Shown: positions 10,269 to 22,747, counted from the stretch's first letter. The stretch: DNA of 64,000 nucleotides from a virus (IMGVR_UViG_3300021431_000079:32001-96000), one strand, 5' to 3'. The notes: generated from the sequence alone by a model not told the origin. Numbers and translations are program-made.

Positions 10269-10326
10269 AGGCAAAATTAAAATCCCTGTTGGTAGGTAGG
10301 TTAGACCATCAGAAAGGAAACCAAAA

Positions 10327-10851
10327 ATGGAAATAAAGTATGGTTTCAAGCTCTTTGAACAGGATGCAAACGGAAATCTGTATCCTCTGTTTATTGACAA
10401 GAATACACCAGTTCCAATGTATAAATGGATTCATGCTGAATTCCATCCAACAAAGGGATTTGCGGCAAGAGGTGGTTGGCACATTGGAGCAGATGTCCCA
10501 GATGCTCCGTGGCTGAAGAGCTATGACGGAACGGAAACTGGATTCTACAAATCACGGTGGAAATCAGGCAAAAGAGTCTGGTGCATTGTTGAGTACAATG
10601 CAAACCACGACTACAATATGGAAGTATCTCTACTTCCGAAGAAATCCTTTACTGACAAAGTCCCGGAAGATGGTTTTTACTTCTTCCGTGAAGTCGGCAA
10701 GGGAACATGGATAATCACAAGCGATATAAGAATTATTTATGTTATTTCCGAAGAAGAGAGAAAAGAGATGATGGAGCTTAATGGATATGATGAAATTAAA
10801 GCGTTTGCTAAATACAAGGCAACGTTTGAAAAGAAAATGAGAATTGCATAA
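10327..10851 (+). CDS. Hypothetical protein
   Basis: RBS and 174-aa ORF. Confidence 0.75.
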   Translation: MEIKYGFKLFEQDANGNLYPLFIDKNTPVPMYKWIHAEFHPTKGFAARGGWHIGADVPDAPWLKSYDGTETGFYKSRWKSGKRVWCIVEYNANHDYNMEVSLLPKKSFTDKVPEDGFYFFREVGKGTWIITSDIRIIYVISEEERKEMMELNGYDEIKAFAKYKATFEKKMRIA

Positions 10852-12464
10852 GCGAAAGGAGAAAGAATTTGAAAAAGAAACTATATCCCGGAATTAAAGA
10901 AGCGGAGGCTGAAAAAAGAAAGCAGAAAGCAGAAAGAAAAACAGAACAGCCGGACTTTATAGGTGGAAAACCGAATTATGATGCGTTTGAAGGTTGGACA
11001 CCAGAAGAAGTTCTTGTTTGGTTGAATATTGATTAAGGAGGAAAAAATGAAAAATATTGTCGTTTATGATGAGATCACGGCAGATGAGGCACTAAAACTC
11101 TATAGATGTACTGATGATGTCTATGCAGATGATCGTAATGGTGACAAAGGAAAACTCAGGCCACATTATGAATATGGCTCTCATGCTTCCATTGAGGAAT
11201 TATTTTGGAAAGCGGCAAGTCACTATAATTATGGCTATCATTATGAAGGTAAATTCTATAAGAGGAGGGTGACGAGAATAATGACAGTAAAAGAACTGAA
11301 GAAGGGAACTTACTTCACAAGAAAATCCATTGAATATCCCACAGATTCTCAGGTTTGGGTTCGCGGTGATTACATCAGAAGCGAAAAGAAATATGAGATT
11401 TACAAGTTCTCAGACGTAAATCACACTTCCCTGATCAATGGAGACAAGGAAGTCTTTACTGACTTCACGTTTTAAGCGAAAGGAGAATAAAACCATGAAA
11501 GAAGACAGGAAGGCATTTTGTGAGGAGCTTTGTAAATTATTAAGAATGACCAGAAATGCAGGACATCCTGATTGTAACCCTTTGGTTGAGTTGCGTTTCA
11601 TTGAAACGGAAATGGGAGAATTTGTTCGTCCTATATTTGAAGACGGAACAGGAGAAAATGGATATTACGATGTAAACGTAACTGCTGACTCTAATATGGG
11701 AATTCTTAAAGATGTGTGTGACAGATTCATCTTTAAGAGGTGGTAACAGAAATTGATTGTTGAACCTGATCATCACCACATGGTGGTGGTCAGTATTGAG
11801 CAATCAATGCCATAAGGTAAATCAAAGATTGCAAAGAAAGGAGTTCCGTTATGAAGAAGCGGATCATGGTAACTGTTGTTTGTGTTGGACTTGCTATTGC
11901 GGCTTACTTTGTAGGCAAAGCAAACGGAGTTCGTCATGCTATAGAGGACAGCGAAATCTACACTGTCACTCGTTACAATCCTGATGATCCTGATGCTTCA
12001 GTATGGGAAGGATATGATCAGCAGATCTTCATTGATCTGGATGGTCAGACATATGTTCATGGAATGTATCAGGGATAATTAAAAACAGAAAGGAGGAACG
12101 GAAATGATAGACTACGCAAAACACTTTACTACGGCAGGTGAAGTAAGAGAGGAAATCAAGGCACTCGATGCATATGCAAAGAGAGAATATCCACAGTATA
12201 ACGATCTGTTTCTGATGCGTCCTGCTTCAAAGCGGATGGACAGATTGATCAGAATGTACTGGGCTTTCGAAAGGAGAGTAAGAAAATGAGAATGTACAAT
12301 TACTTTTTATCGGACAAGGCAACTGCAAATAAGTTCTCTGCTTATTTGTATAAGCGGAGAAAAGAATTCACTGTATCCTGCATTGATGGGTGTGGATATC
12401 ATTTCGTGGTATCTGCAAATGCTGAGACAGCACAAGAGATCAACAACATTTTGGAGTATTGCCT

Positions 12465-12644
12465 ATGAAGCAATACTCAGCAAGGGAACTAAAAAAGATT
12501 GTAACTGCAAACGGGTTTATTCTTGTGAGAACAAATGGTGATCACTTCATCTATAAAAGGGATGATGAAACCATTGTGATTAACAAGAATATAAACATGT
12601 GTGTTGCGAACAGATTGATTAAGCAACACAAGTTAGTCGTATAG
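12465..12644 (+). CDS. hicA: HicA-family toxin-like protein (orphan)
   Basis: YSARELKKIVTANGFILVRTNGDHFIYK matches the HicA GF...R..G.H signature. Confidence 0.75.
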   Translation: MKQYSARELKKIVTANGFILVRTNGDHFIYKRDDETIVINKNINMCVANRLIKQHKLVV

Positions 12645-12663
12645 AAAGGAAAGGGAAAAGGAA

Positions 12664-13221
12664 ATGAGGGATTTACAGATGTATGCAACAAAGGTAATGA
12701 AAATGTTAGATGATATCAACATCCCCTACAGAAAGCCGTATAGCTTCACTGTCAACACCAGAGCTACCACAAGATGGGGACAGACAAGGATAAGAAAGGG
12801 AATTCCTATTAACATCAACATTAGCAGTATTTTGCTGAGTGATGATGTAAGCGAAACTCAGCTTATTGACACTATAGCTCATGAGCTTATCCATACTTGT
12901 GTTGGATGTGGAGATCACGGAGACCTCTGGAAAGCATATGCAGAGCGGTTCAATAGGGCATATGGATATAATATATGCAGGACGAAACGTGGAGACGAGA
13001 CAGCCCACCAGATGATGCAGGAAAAGAAGAAAGATAATGCATATGAGGTGACTTGTGAAAAATGTGGAGCGAAATATTACTACCAGAGATGGTGTAAGGT
13101 AACTGCAAATCCAAGTCAGTATGTTCACAGTAGGTGTGGTGGTAAGTTAACTCTTACCAAGGCAAAACCCGGATTTCAGATATGGACAATTTCTGGAAAT
13201 GGGTACTGGAATACATTATAA
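12664..13221 (+). CDS. SprT-like zinc metalloprotease
   Basis: TIAHELIH...HGDLWK motif and C-terminal CxxC. Confidence 0.8.
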   Translation: MRDLQMYATKVMKMLDDINIPYRKPYSFTVNTRATTRWGQTRIRKGIPININISSILLSDDVSETQLIDTIAHELIHTCVGCGDHGDLWKAYAERFNRAYGYNICRTKRGDETAHQMMQEKKKDNAYEVTCEKCGAKYYYQRWCKVTANPSQYVHSRCGGKLTLTKAKPGFQIWTISGNGYWNTL

Positions 13222-14754
13222 GCTAAATTAAACTCCCTGTCAGTAGGCGGTTAGACTGTCAGAAAGGAAAAGGAAATGGCAAATTACAGAACAATCAGAA
13301 ACTTGAAGCCATATAGGGGAGCGAAAATAATGAGAATCCATGTAAATGGTGGATATCATTATTACGCAACGATCAACGGAAATGCAAGAGCGGCATATTC
13401 GTTGAGTATGATTAAGTTAGCTATTGATCAGGAATTAAAAAGAAAGGAAGGCGCGGAATGAAAACTGTATTTGCGAGAATTGGTATCTGCTTAGAAGTAA
13501 CAGATGAGGAATATAAGAACTTCAAAGAAGATAGGTATGTTAATGAGGATAACATCTCAGATGAACTTGCCGAGAGATTCTTGAAGAACGGAGAGTTGTC
13601 TGGTGACAGCTACATTCCTGAGAGTCAGTATGATTTTGATTAACGAAAGGAGATAAGAAATGGAAATTAAAAGAAGATCAAAGTCGCTTAATTCAGAGGA
13701 GATCAGAAAGGGAGAAGCGGACGGGACGATGGTTTATCTTAAGTGTTCCAACAGTTTCTTTCCAAAGGTAAAGGAACTTCCAAAGGAAGCGAAGTTCTTA
13801 AAGCTTATGACTGGCTATGTAAGGAAGGACGAGATTGCGGTGCAGGATAAAGGAAACTGTGTTCTGTATCATACGCACTTAGTAAATGGTTCTCACAGAG
13901 AAAACAAGCATACATGGAGACACAATGTGTATGTGATTTATAAGGAGGAAGATTAAAATGACAGTAAAGGAGTTTATAAATAAATGTTGGTGCTGTCAGG
14001 AGATCGCCATTGTTCCTGACGGAATGATTGTTGGAGAAAACCTTTGCACAAGGGAGCGGATGAAGAGATTTAAGAATATTAAATTTGTAACACCAATAAT
14101 CCTTTTAAGTGTGGTGTACGATGAGATCAACAATAAACAAGTTGTCTCATTTGGAGTCGTTGACAATATCCTTGTTATCGAGGTAAAATGAAAGGAGAAG
14201 CGAAATGAGTGAGGAGCTTGCGGCAAGAGTTGACAGATTTTTATATGACCTTGATCCCTATGAATATGCAGATTCTGCGGAAGATGATATGGTAACATAC
14301 ATTATCAACAATTCAGAACCTATTCTGGATTATCTCTGGGGTGTTATAATAAGTGAAGATAACGATTGGCTTCATGAAAATTCTAAGGAAGCAAGGGAAC
14401 TGATCGAAATGATTGAAGATGAGATAAGCGAAGGGAGATAAGAGATGAAAAATAAAAATATCGCCTACATCGAAGGATACGGAAATATAAATATGGATGA
14501 ATATAAGTCCATTGCAGAATGTATGTGCAATACAATTGATGTTGATGGCGCAATGGAAGATAAATACTGGGTTGAAGCTGATGTTGATTTAGCGGAGGCG
14601 TGGTATCAGTATAAAGGGTTTACCAAAGAAGATATCAAATATATTGATATGAGAGGCTTGTCTGACTTCTGGAATTTTGAAGCAGATAATGAATAAGCGA
14701 AGGGAGACAAGGGAAAAATGATTATAAATAGATTAAAAAAGTTGAAAATAATAC

Positions 14755-14783
14755 TTGACAAATTAAATAAGACCATTTATAAT
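14755..14783 (+). promoter_or_regulatory. Consensus sigma-A promoter
   Basis: TTGACA-17 nt-TATAAT. Confidence 0.9.
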
Positions 14784-14827
14784 CTTGATTAGAACAAACA
14801 AATTAAAAACAAGAAAGGAAAACGGAA

Positions 14828-16075
14828 ATGGAAAGGTTTTATATCTACGAGGGATTTATGGATGAACTCAAAAAGAAAGCAGAAACCATCCGCAAGAAGT
14901 GTCTGCGGTTTGGCTGTGACTTCCACTTTGCTGAGACAGGGAACATTGAAATAAGGAAAGTCACGGATTACACAACAACAGATGGTAACGGAAAACATCC
15001 TGTTTACTATCTCAAGTTCATTGAGGTTGAGGCAGAGGGGACAGCAGTGCTTGACAACTGGCAGTTTGTTGCAAGCGTAGATCACACACAGAACGGAAAC
15101 ATTTTTAATAAGGCAATGGTTGATCTGGAAATCCCACAGAGATACTATTGCAGTGATCCGTACTGTGAACACTGCAATAGCAATAGGTACAGAAAGAATA
15201 CCTGCATTGTCTATAATAAGGAAACCAAAGAATTCAAGCAGGTTGGAAACCAGTGCTTGAAGGACTTCACCAGAGGGATGTCTGTTGCTTTTGCAACTTA
15301 TATGGCTTCATTAAAATCAATCTTCACTGAGTACGAAGAAAGGGAAGTTGATTTTGGTGGTGGTTGGAGAGGAACATATCATGAGGTAAAGGAAATCCTC
15401 AGGTATGCGGCAGAAACCATCAGACACTTTGGATGGGTAAACGTAAAGCAGGGTGATGATTATGATGTAGATCTTTTCAATAATACAAGATATAGGGTCG
15501 AGAAATACTATAATCTTGATCATGGTTACACAAGATTCTGGGATGATGATGAAAGAGATCAGGTCAGAACGGAAATGGAATCAGTTGATTTTAATCCTAA
15601 TTCAGAGTATGCTGTAAAGGAAACGGAAAAGGTTCTGGCATGGCTCGAAGCTCAGGAAGAGAATAACGATTATATTCACAATCTGAAGGTTATTGTTGCA
15701 AATGAATATTGTAGTAGCAACAGGTTTGGAATCCTTTGCTCTCTTTTCCCATCTTGTAACAAAGACCTTGAAATTAAAGCGAAAAGAGAAGCTGAAGCGA
15801 AATCTGAAAAAGCTTCTGAGTACATTGGTCAGGTTGGAGATAGGGTAGAAACGGAGATTCAGAGCGTCAAATGTGTCACCTCTTGGGAAACACAGTTTGG
15901 AATGACATTCATTTATAAGTTCGTCAGCACTGATGGAAATGTACTTACTTGGAAGACAAGCAAGAGCATTGACGAAGAGAGGTGTGTAGGAAAGAAGATC
16001 AAGGGAACTATAAAAGAACTCAAGGTTTTCAGAGATATCAAGCAGACAGAGTTAACAAGATGCAAGATTGCATAA
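14828..16075 (+). CDS. Hypothetical phage protein with CxxC motif and probable C-terminal OB-fold
   Basis: CEHC...QVGNQC; IGQVGDRVE...QFGMTFIYKF...GNVLTWKTS. Confidence 0.7.
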   Translation: MERFYIYEGFMDELKKKAETIRKKCLRFGCDFHFAETGNIEIRKVTDYTTTDGNGKHPVYYLKFIEVEAEGTAVLDNWQFVASVDHTQNGNIFNKAMVDLEIPQRYYCSDPYCEHCNSNRYRKNTCIVYNKETKEFKQVGNQCLKDFTRGMSVAFATYMASLKSIFTEYEEREVDFGGGWRGTYHEVKEILRYAAETIRHFGWVNVKQGDDYDVDLFNNTRYRVEKYYNLDHGYTRFWDDDERDQVRTEMESVDFNPNSEYAVKETEKVLAWLEAQEENNDYIHNLKVIVANEYCSSNRFGILCSLFPSCNKDLEIKAKREAEAKSEKASEYIGQVGDRVETEIQSVKCVTSWETQFGMTFIYKFVSTDGNVLTWKTSKSIDEERCVGKKIKGTIKELKVFRDIKQTELTRCKIA

Positions 16076-16746
16076 GAAGGGAGATGCTAAAATGTATTTG
16101 AAGTTAAAGAGAATTTATGATAGAGAACAGTTGCCAGTGTTCGTGATGGCAGTAAGTAATCTTCTGGACAAGGGATTTGCAAAAGTTCAGAAGATTACAG
16201 AAGAGGACATAAAGCAGATCAAGATGCCCGAAAACAGTTTCATGACTACTGAGTTTGCTCAGTATCTTACGGGGCTTACAAAGGAAATCGCAGATAATTG
16301 TGACTCTGTGGTGGAGATAATTCAATTTTGTTCAAAAGTCAAATGTTTTGATCAAAATTACGGAAGGAGATAAGCGAAAATGAACACTTTGAAAGTAGGA
16401 GATCTTGTGGTAATTCTTAAGGATCTTCCATCTGGTATTGAAGATGAAGACGAATTCAATTGCAATGGAGAAGTAGGAGAGATCATCGAGTATAATGAAG
16501 ACAGGGATATGTATCTTGTGAGCACAAATGATTTCGTGGCTACTGACTGGTGGTGGTTCGAAGATGATTTGAGACTTGCCAATACGGAAGAAATAGTAGA
16601 AAAACTGAGAAAGATTTTGAAGGGAGAATAACATATGACAAAGGAAAAGAGAGCACCGTGTGAGAAGTAAAGAACGGAAAACCGAAGCAATAAAGCGCAA
16701 ATGAATAAATTAAAATAATATCACAAAGAAAAAAGGAGAATATAAT

Positions 16747-17742
16747 ATGAGTGCGAACGTAGAAACGATGTTTTATGTTGGTGAGACCCCGTGGCATGGA
16801 TTGGGAAAATCTGTAAAAGAATGTAAAAAAAGTGATGAGGCGATTAAACTTGCAGGACTTGACTGGGATGTAATTCCGAATCCCATTTATGATGGATTTG
16901 GAAGGGAACTCTCTGGTTACAAGGTAAACCTGAGAAGCACAGACAATAAGATTCTTGGTATTGTTTCTGACAAGTATAAGATTGTGCAGAACAGAGATGC
17001 ATTTGCATTTACTGATTCTCTGCTTGGTCAGGGAGTTAAGTACGAAACAGCAGGAAGCCTTGCTTCTGGTAAGAGAGTTTGGATGTTAGCAAGACTTGAA
17101 AATACTATTCTTGCCGAAGAGAATATTGATCCGTATCTGGTTTTCACTAACAGCCATGACGGAACTGGTGCTGTGAAGGTAGCTATTACGCCTGTTCGTG
17201 TCGTTTGCCAGAACACCTTGAATCTTGCATTGTCTACAGCAAGTAGGCACTGGTCTGCAAGGCATATGGGACAGATCGAAGACAAGCTTGAGGACGCAAA
17301 AATGACTCTTTTGAATGCTGAGACATATATGAAGTGCCTTGGTGAAGAGTTCGAAGCACTTAAGCTCAAGAAGGTAACTGATAGTCAGGTAAAGGAAATG
17401 ACAGATTATCTCCTGAAAGAAGAGTTTGAAACCGTATGGAAGAACGCATACGGAAATGACACTAATGGAAAGATCGTTTCCTTCCTTGACAGAGCGAGAG
17501 CCGCAAAGTACGAAGAGAAGATTGATCGTAAGAGAAATGAGATCCTTACCATTTACAATGACAAGCCTGATCTCAGAGACGAAGAGAGAACAGCCTTTAG
17601 GTTTGTTAATGCGGTAAGCGATTACGCAACGCATACCACAGACCATAAGAATACTGCCAACTATCAGGAAAACCTGTTTATGAAGACAGTGGACGGAAAC
17701 AATCTCATTGATACAGCATACAAAATTGCACTTGCTGTATAA
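16747..17742 (+). CDS. DUF932-family phage/plasmid protein
   Basis: MFYVGETPWHGLG, YETAGSL..GKRVW, NSHDG, RVVCQNTL. Confidence 0.85.
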   Translation: MSANVETMFYVGETPWHGLGKSVKECKKSDEAIKLAGLDWDVIPNPIYDGFGRELSGYKVNLRSTDNKILGIVSDKYKIVQNRDAFAFTDSLLGQGVKYETAGSLASGKRVWMLARLENTILAEENIDPYLVFTNSHDGTGAVKVAITPVRVVCQNTLNLALSTASRHWSARHMGQIEDKLEDAKMTLLNAETYMKCLGEEFEALKLKKVTDSQVKEMTDYLLKEEFETVWKNAYGNDTNGKIVSFLDRARAAKYEEKIDRKRNEILTIYNDKPDLRDEERTAFRFVNAVSDYATHTTDHKNTANYQENLFMKTVDGNNLIDTAYKIALAV

Positions 17743-17833
17743 GGCAAAAGGTATACTAATAATATATTTTTGGGGCAGGCCATCAAAATAGATTTTGATT
17801 GGACTAAATATATATAAAAAGGAGATAAAAAAT

Positions 17834-18778
17834 ATGAATAATATAATTACTTATTTTGAGGCAGAAAAGGATTCCAGAAATACCTACAAGCTCAACAACG
17901 ATATCATGATTCCTGTTGGTGTATATAGAGACAGCACAGGATTATATACTCACTATGAGTGTGATAATGACAACTGGGAAGATGAAATTCTTTTTCCAAC
18001 AGAAATTGTAAGGTCGTATTTCTATACTAATAACATATCTGACGAGCACACATTTGAAGAATGGTATAAGGATGAGTACACACTTGATGAAACCGATGGG
18101 CTGTATAACTACGCAATTAAAAAAGGTTTTTATGGAATTCGTCCTGATGGAAGATACCTTGAAAACGAAATGGAAATATTTAAAAGTGGAGTAAAGCTTC
18201 TAATTCATCACAATGATATGATGGATGTCGGTAACTATCTGATTGAACTGATTTCTGATGAGACTGGTGAGGTGTATAGAACGCAAATGACCGTTGGCGT
18301 AGATGCCACATGGGAAGATTTTATAAATGTACTGGTAGCCAATGTAACAGAGGAGACTGACATAAGACTTGATAGATGTGAGATCAAGATCATGCATGAT
18401 GCAAATGCATTTACAATATCAAGCGCACAGAAAAAGATCTCAAAAGAGATGGTTGAAAATATCAGTGGTATTGATGAAAGCGAAAAAGATGTGTGTGATT
18501 TTGACAGCGGATATTTGACGGAAAAGATCGAATGCGCAAGGCATAACGGAACAACGTATGATTTGGATTGCATGATAAATCTGAATAATATTTTGAAATT
18601 CAGTATCAGTTGGGAGTTATACAGTTTTATCAATGCAAAGGTAGATGATATTATGGAGTGTGATAAGGAAGATTATTTAGCGCTTCTCAGATTTGTTTTT
18701 GAATATGTTAAAGAAAAAGAAAACAAATCTAATGAATATGGCAAAATTAGAATAATGAGAAAAGGGAGTTTAAGATGA
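17834..18778 (+). CDS. Hypothetical acidic protein
   Basis: AAGGAG RBS and ATG 17834. Confidence 0.7.
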   Translation: MNNIITYFEAEKDSRNTYKLNNDIMIPVGVYRDSTGLYTHYECDNDNWEDEILFPTEIVRSYFYTNNISDEHTFEEWYKDEYTLDETDGLYNYAIKKGFYGIRPDGRYLENEMEIFKSGVKLLIHHNDMMDVGNYLIELISDETGEVYRTQMTVGVDATWEDFINVLVANVTEETDIRLDRCEIKIMHDANAFTISSAQKKISKEMVENISGIDESEKDVCDFDSGYLTEKIECARHNGTTYDLDCMINLNNILKFSISWELYSFINAKVDDIMECDKEDYLALLRFVFEYVKEKENKSNEYGKIRIMRKGSLR

Positions 18779-20598
18779 AAGAGAATTATGCTTATATGAC
18801 TATTGAGGAGTTTGCCGATCTGATACAGAAGAATGAGGGAAAGGAAATCGGTTTCTGCGAAGCCGGAAAAGAAGATAATGGTAGGTTTGATTATAATTGG
18901 TATTGTGCGGCTGTCATGAAGATATTTGATGATAAAAATCTTATTTGTGGGTATTGCGGTAGCGGAGTTGAATACTGTGTGTCATATAACGACATGACAG
19001 ACTTTGATCAGAAAACAGTCGCACAAGAACTTGAAGGTTATATTAAAGACAACCTTGGTTCTTGGGTGGAATATGTGTGTGTTGATATGGATGATCTGAA
19101 GTAAACTATAGCGTAGGGCAAAACAAAAAAACAAAAATAAGGAGATTAAAATAATGACAAACATGAAAGAAATCAATCTGAATAACGCAAATGCTCGTGA
19201 GAAGGTAGAAGAAGTTCTCAATGAGGTTCAGAAGAAAACCTCAGTAAGAGAGATAAGTTATGATGATATTATTCATGCTCTCAGAATGATCGAGAATAAT
19301 CTTGGTGTATCAAAGAAAGCGATGAATGATGTCCGGGTAACGTGTGATGTTAACGCACAGAGTTTTCCCGGTACATATAAGGGAATTCCAGAATCCACTT
19401 GGTTCTCTGCAAGATACAAAAACGGAAGTTGGAGACTTACAAATATTTGTAGGTCGCAAACTGCCACACCGACAAGAGGACACTTTATATATTTAACAGA
19501 TGCTTGCAAAAAAGCCATTCTGGATAGAATGGAATGCTTCTAAAGAAGGGAGAAAGTCGGGCTTTCGACCCGGTGCTATAGAGTGATGGAGAAGAGAAAA
19601 TATGTATATCTGATTCTCAATCAGAATTATATCCCTGAAGGAAGAGTAGTTGCTACATCCAGAGAAGAGGCGGTCACCATAGCTGTTGCGGCTTGGAATC
19701 TGAAAAGAGAATCAATACTGGATGCGGTTGCTGTACCTGAAGGACTTTAAAGCATAAAGTTAGATATAGAAAAAGGAGAAGGAATGGTTGTATGTGTAAT
19801 TGCCACGGATAAGGGAACTGGGTTTATTAAAACATGCACTTCATGTGATGATACTGATGCACAGAGATATGCAAAGTATTATCGAAGCATTGGATACAAT
19901 GCAAGAGTGGTAACGTATGAGGAGCTTGAAGAGATTCAGGAAAAAGAAAGGAAATTAAGAGAGGGGTCAATATGAATTTAGCTTATATGTATTGCCAGTC
20001 AGTTACTTTATTACATGGTCAGGCAGCAGATGTTCTCGTGGAATATAACGAGAATAAGAATAAATTTATTGTAACTGCTACTTCTGAAAGTTGGATTGAT
20101 AATATAGAGAGCTTTATAAATGAGAATGATGATTGTGATGATTTTTTATGCAAAATATATAATATTAATAATATGAGTGATTTTTTTAAAGAAGCAAGAG
20201 AGGTTTGTACAAAGATTAGTGGAGAGTATTTTACTCTGAGAGAAATCAATCAGACACTTGAGAAATATTGCGAGGATGGGGGCTGGGATAAGTTTTCATG
20301 GCGGTATAAGGACGGAGGAGAACGGATCATGTTAAATGAGTTAATGAATGAATTAACAAATGAAAATTATTATATGTATAAGATAGCAGGTGGCGGTTTT
20401 GGAATTGTAAAGGCAAACACAGAAGACAGTGCCAAAAGGGAAGTGTTAAATGCATATCACAAACATGGACAGCCGGAGTTAACCGAAGAAGATGTAACTG
20501 TGCTTCCTGTTATAAGCGGATACTTCAGTGATTCACCGAATGTTATTGAGCTTGGAGATATTTTAGAATAAGGTATACTAAAATAATACAAATAACCC

Positions 20599-20628
20599 TT
20601 GACAAAACCACTCAGTGAGTGGTATGAT
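20599..20628 (+). promoter_or_regulatory. Sigma-A promoter with a palindromic operator in the spacer
   Basis: TTGACA-18 nt-TATGAT; ACCACTCA-G-TGAGTGGT at 20607-20623. Confidence 0.75.
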
Positions 20629-21327
20629 ACAAACAGAAAACAGAAAGGAGTAATTCAATGAACGCAAATAGAATTCGATTGGAAAGATTTTTTGCTGATA
20701 CTGGTTTAATCAAAGCGGGTGCAAAAAGACCTGATAACCTTTTCAATTTTGCACTTGCAAATGATATTGATTCTGAAATTATTGAGGAAATGGAATTAAC
20801 ACCAGAAAACAAAGAGAAAGCTATGAGGTGGCTTGGTACTAAGCGAAATACTTGTAAAGAGGTAAACGGTTTCGCGGGATCGTTCTATCAAGTCGAAGCT
20901 TACGGAATCGAGTATTTCGAAGTAGATGAAGATGGAGAATTTGTTGAAGGTTCTGATTTTGATAGTGCTGAAGATGAGAAGGAGGTTTTGCAATGACAGC
21001 AAAGAAGATTGTTTATTATCACGGTTTTGACGAAAATGGAAAATGCATTTTGTCCTATTCCTGCGGACATTGTATAATGCCCGTTGATGATAAAGATTAT
21101 TTTTGCAGATGGTGCGGCGCTGAGTTTGAAGAAAAGGAGATGTAAAATGCAGATACTTGAAAGAAGACACCTTAAAAAAATGCCATTCGATCGTTGGGAC
21201 GAATCAACTTGGTCTTTTATCCATGCGACAGGGGATGAGGTTCTTGTACAATGGCCTGACGGTCATTTAACTTGGGAAACAGAATACGAAGATTCACTCT
21301 TTGAGAATAATATCAAGGAGTGAAGCA

Positions 21328-21657
21328 ATGACGAGTAAGGAAATCAGAGATCTACTTGGTATTAGTCGAGCAGAATTCTCACGGAAATACGGAATTCCAA
21401 TTCGGACTCTTGAGAACTGGGATTCAGGAACAAGGAAAGCCCCCGAATGGATATTGGTTCTTTTAGAAAGGATAGCAAAAGAGGACAAGATCATGGACAA
21501 CAAACCTTTTACAAAAGAGAATCTGATGCAAAGTGGTTTATCAGAAGATGATGCTGATAAGGTTGTGGATTTTGTTGAAAATATAATCAAGAGCGGTGAG
21601 CTTGAGAAGTATTATAAAACAGAAAGGGAAAAGAAGGAGAATTGTGATGAGTCTTAA
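21328..21657 (+). CDS. XRE-family HTH transcriptional regulator
   Basis: IRDLLGISRAEFSRKYGIPIRTLENWDSGTRKAP. Confidence 0.85.
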   Translation: MTSKEIRDLLGISRAEFSRKYGIPIRTLENWDSGTRKAPEWILVLLERIAKEDKIMDNKPFTKENLMQSGLSEDDADKVVDFVENIIKSGELEKYYKTEREKKENCDES

Positions 21658-22064
21658 ATTCACTAAAAAGCAAGTAGAAGATGGTGAGATTGGTAGGGAG
21701 ATTATAGAGGAATATCTTATCGACAAGAAAATGTACGAGCTTGATATGTTTCCTGAATATGAAGATGAGGTTTTATTTACTGGATACATAAAGAAAGTGA
21801 GCACTGGTATTTACGAATTGGTATATGATCCAAGCGAGGCAACATGGGAGTTGAATGCGGTAGTAAGTGTAGACCAATCTGAAAAAGAAGAAATGGCAAA
21901 CGGAAGTTGGAAAGAAACGCTTGATAATCCTCTCTTTGTTGATGTGTGTGAACAGATGCACACATGGTTATACGAATATATCTTGGATGATGTAGAAGAA
22001 TAAAACAAGAAGCACTGAAATTTGGTTAATAGATAGGTGTTTATTATAATAGGGAGAGTAACAT

Positions 22065-22703
22065 ATGGAGAAAAAAGAAAACAATCTTTCAACAAATATA
22101 GAAGCGAAAAATCGTTTGTTGGGTGGGATACTTGGTGCTATCCCGGGTGCTCTAATTAGTGGCATAGGTGGTGCTATTCTCTCTATTGGCGCAGGTATTT
22201 TTGGAGCGAAACTATCACTTGATGAAGCGGATAGAGCACAAATGGAATTTGAAAACGATCCAAAAAGAACACATCTTGCATATATGAAAAAGCATTATGA
22301 ATATAATGATGAATTTTCTGTAATGCAAACGGAGCACTGTGAGGAGTATCTTGAAAAAATTCGTCAAGAATATCCGATGGAAAAAGAATTTACATATTGG
22401 ATAAATGGGTGTTTTCCAAGTTTGGATTGCAATATGTATAGGTGCTATGTAGCAAAAGACGAAAGCACAAGCTCTTTTGCAATGGCTATTATTTATAATG
22501 ATTTAGTTAGAGAAATTGAGGATGCAAAAGCTAAAGGGGCGAAAATAACATGGACTAAAATGAATGTTGAAATAGAAAAAATGAGTGGCGTAAAAAAAGA
22601 AATTAGATATATTTATAGTATCAATGACAAAGCAAGAATTCCAGTAAGAGAATCTAAAGCAATGGATTTGATGTTTTATTATGAATCTGAAGGTAGAGGT
22701 TAA
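22065..22703 (+). CDS. Membrane-anchored hypothetical protein (glycine-zipper-like N-terminus)
   Basis: GGILGAIPGALISGIGGAILSIGAGIFG; TATAAT and GGGAG RBS upstream. Confidence 0.65.
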   Translation: MEKKENNLSTNIEAKNRLLGGILGAIPGALISGIGGAILSIGAGIFGAKLSLDEADRAQMEFENDPKRTHLAYMKKHYEYNDEFSVMQTEHCEEYLEKIRQEYPMEKEFTYWINGCFPSLDCNMYRCYVAKDESTSSFAMAIIYNDLVREIEDAKAKGAKITWTKMNVEIEKMSGVKKEIRYIYSINDKARIPVRESKAMDLMFYYESEGRG

Positions 22704-22747
22704 CTTATAACTTTAAAAAATAAATAAAACAAAGAAGGAGAATTAAT

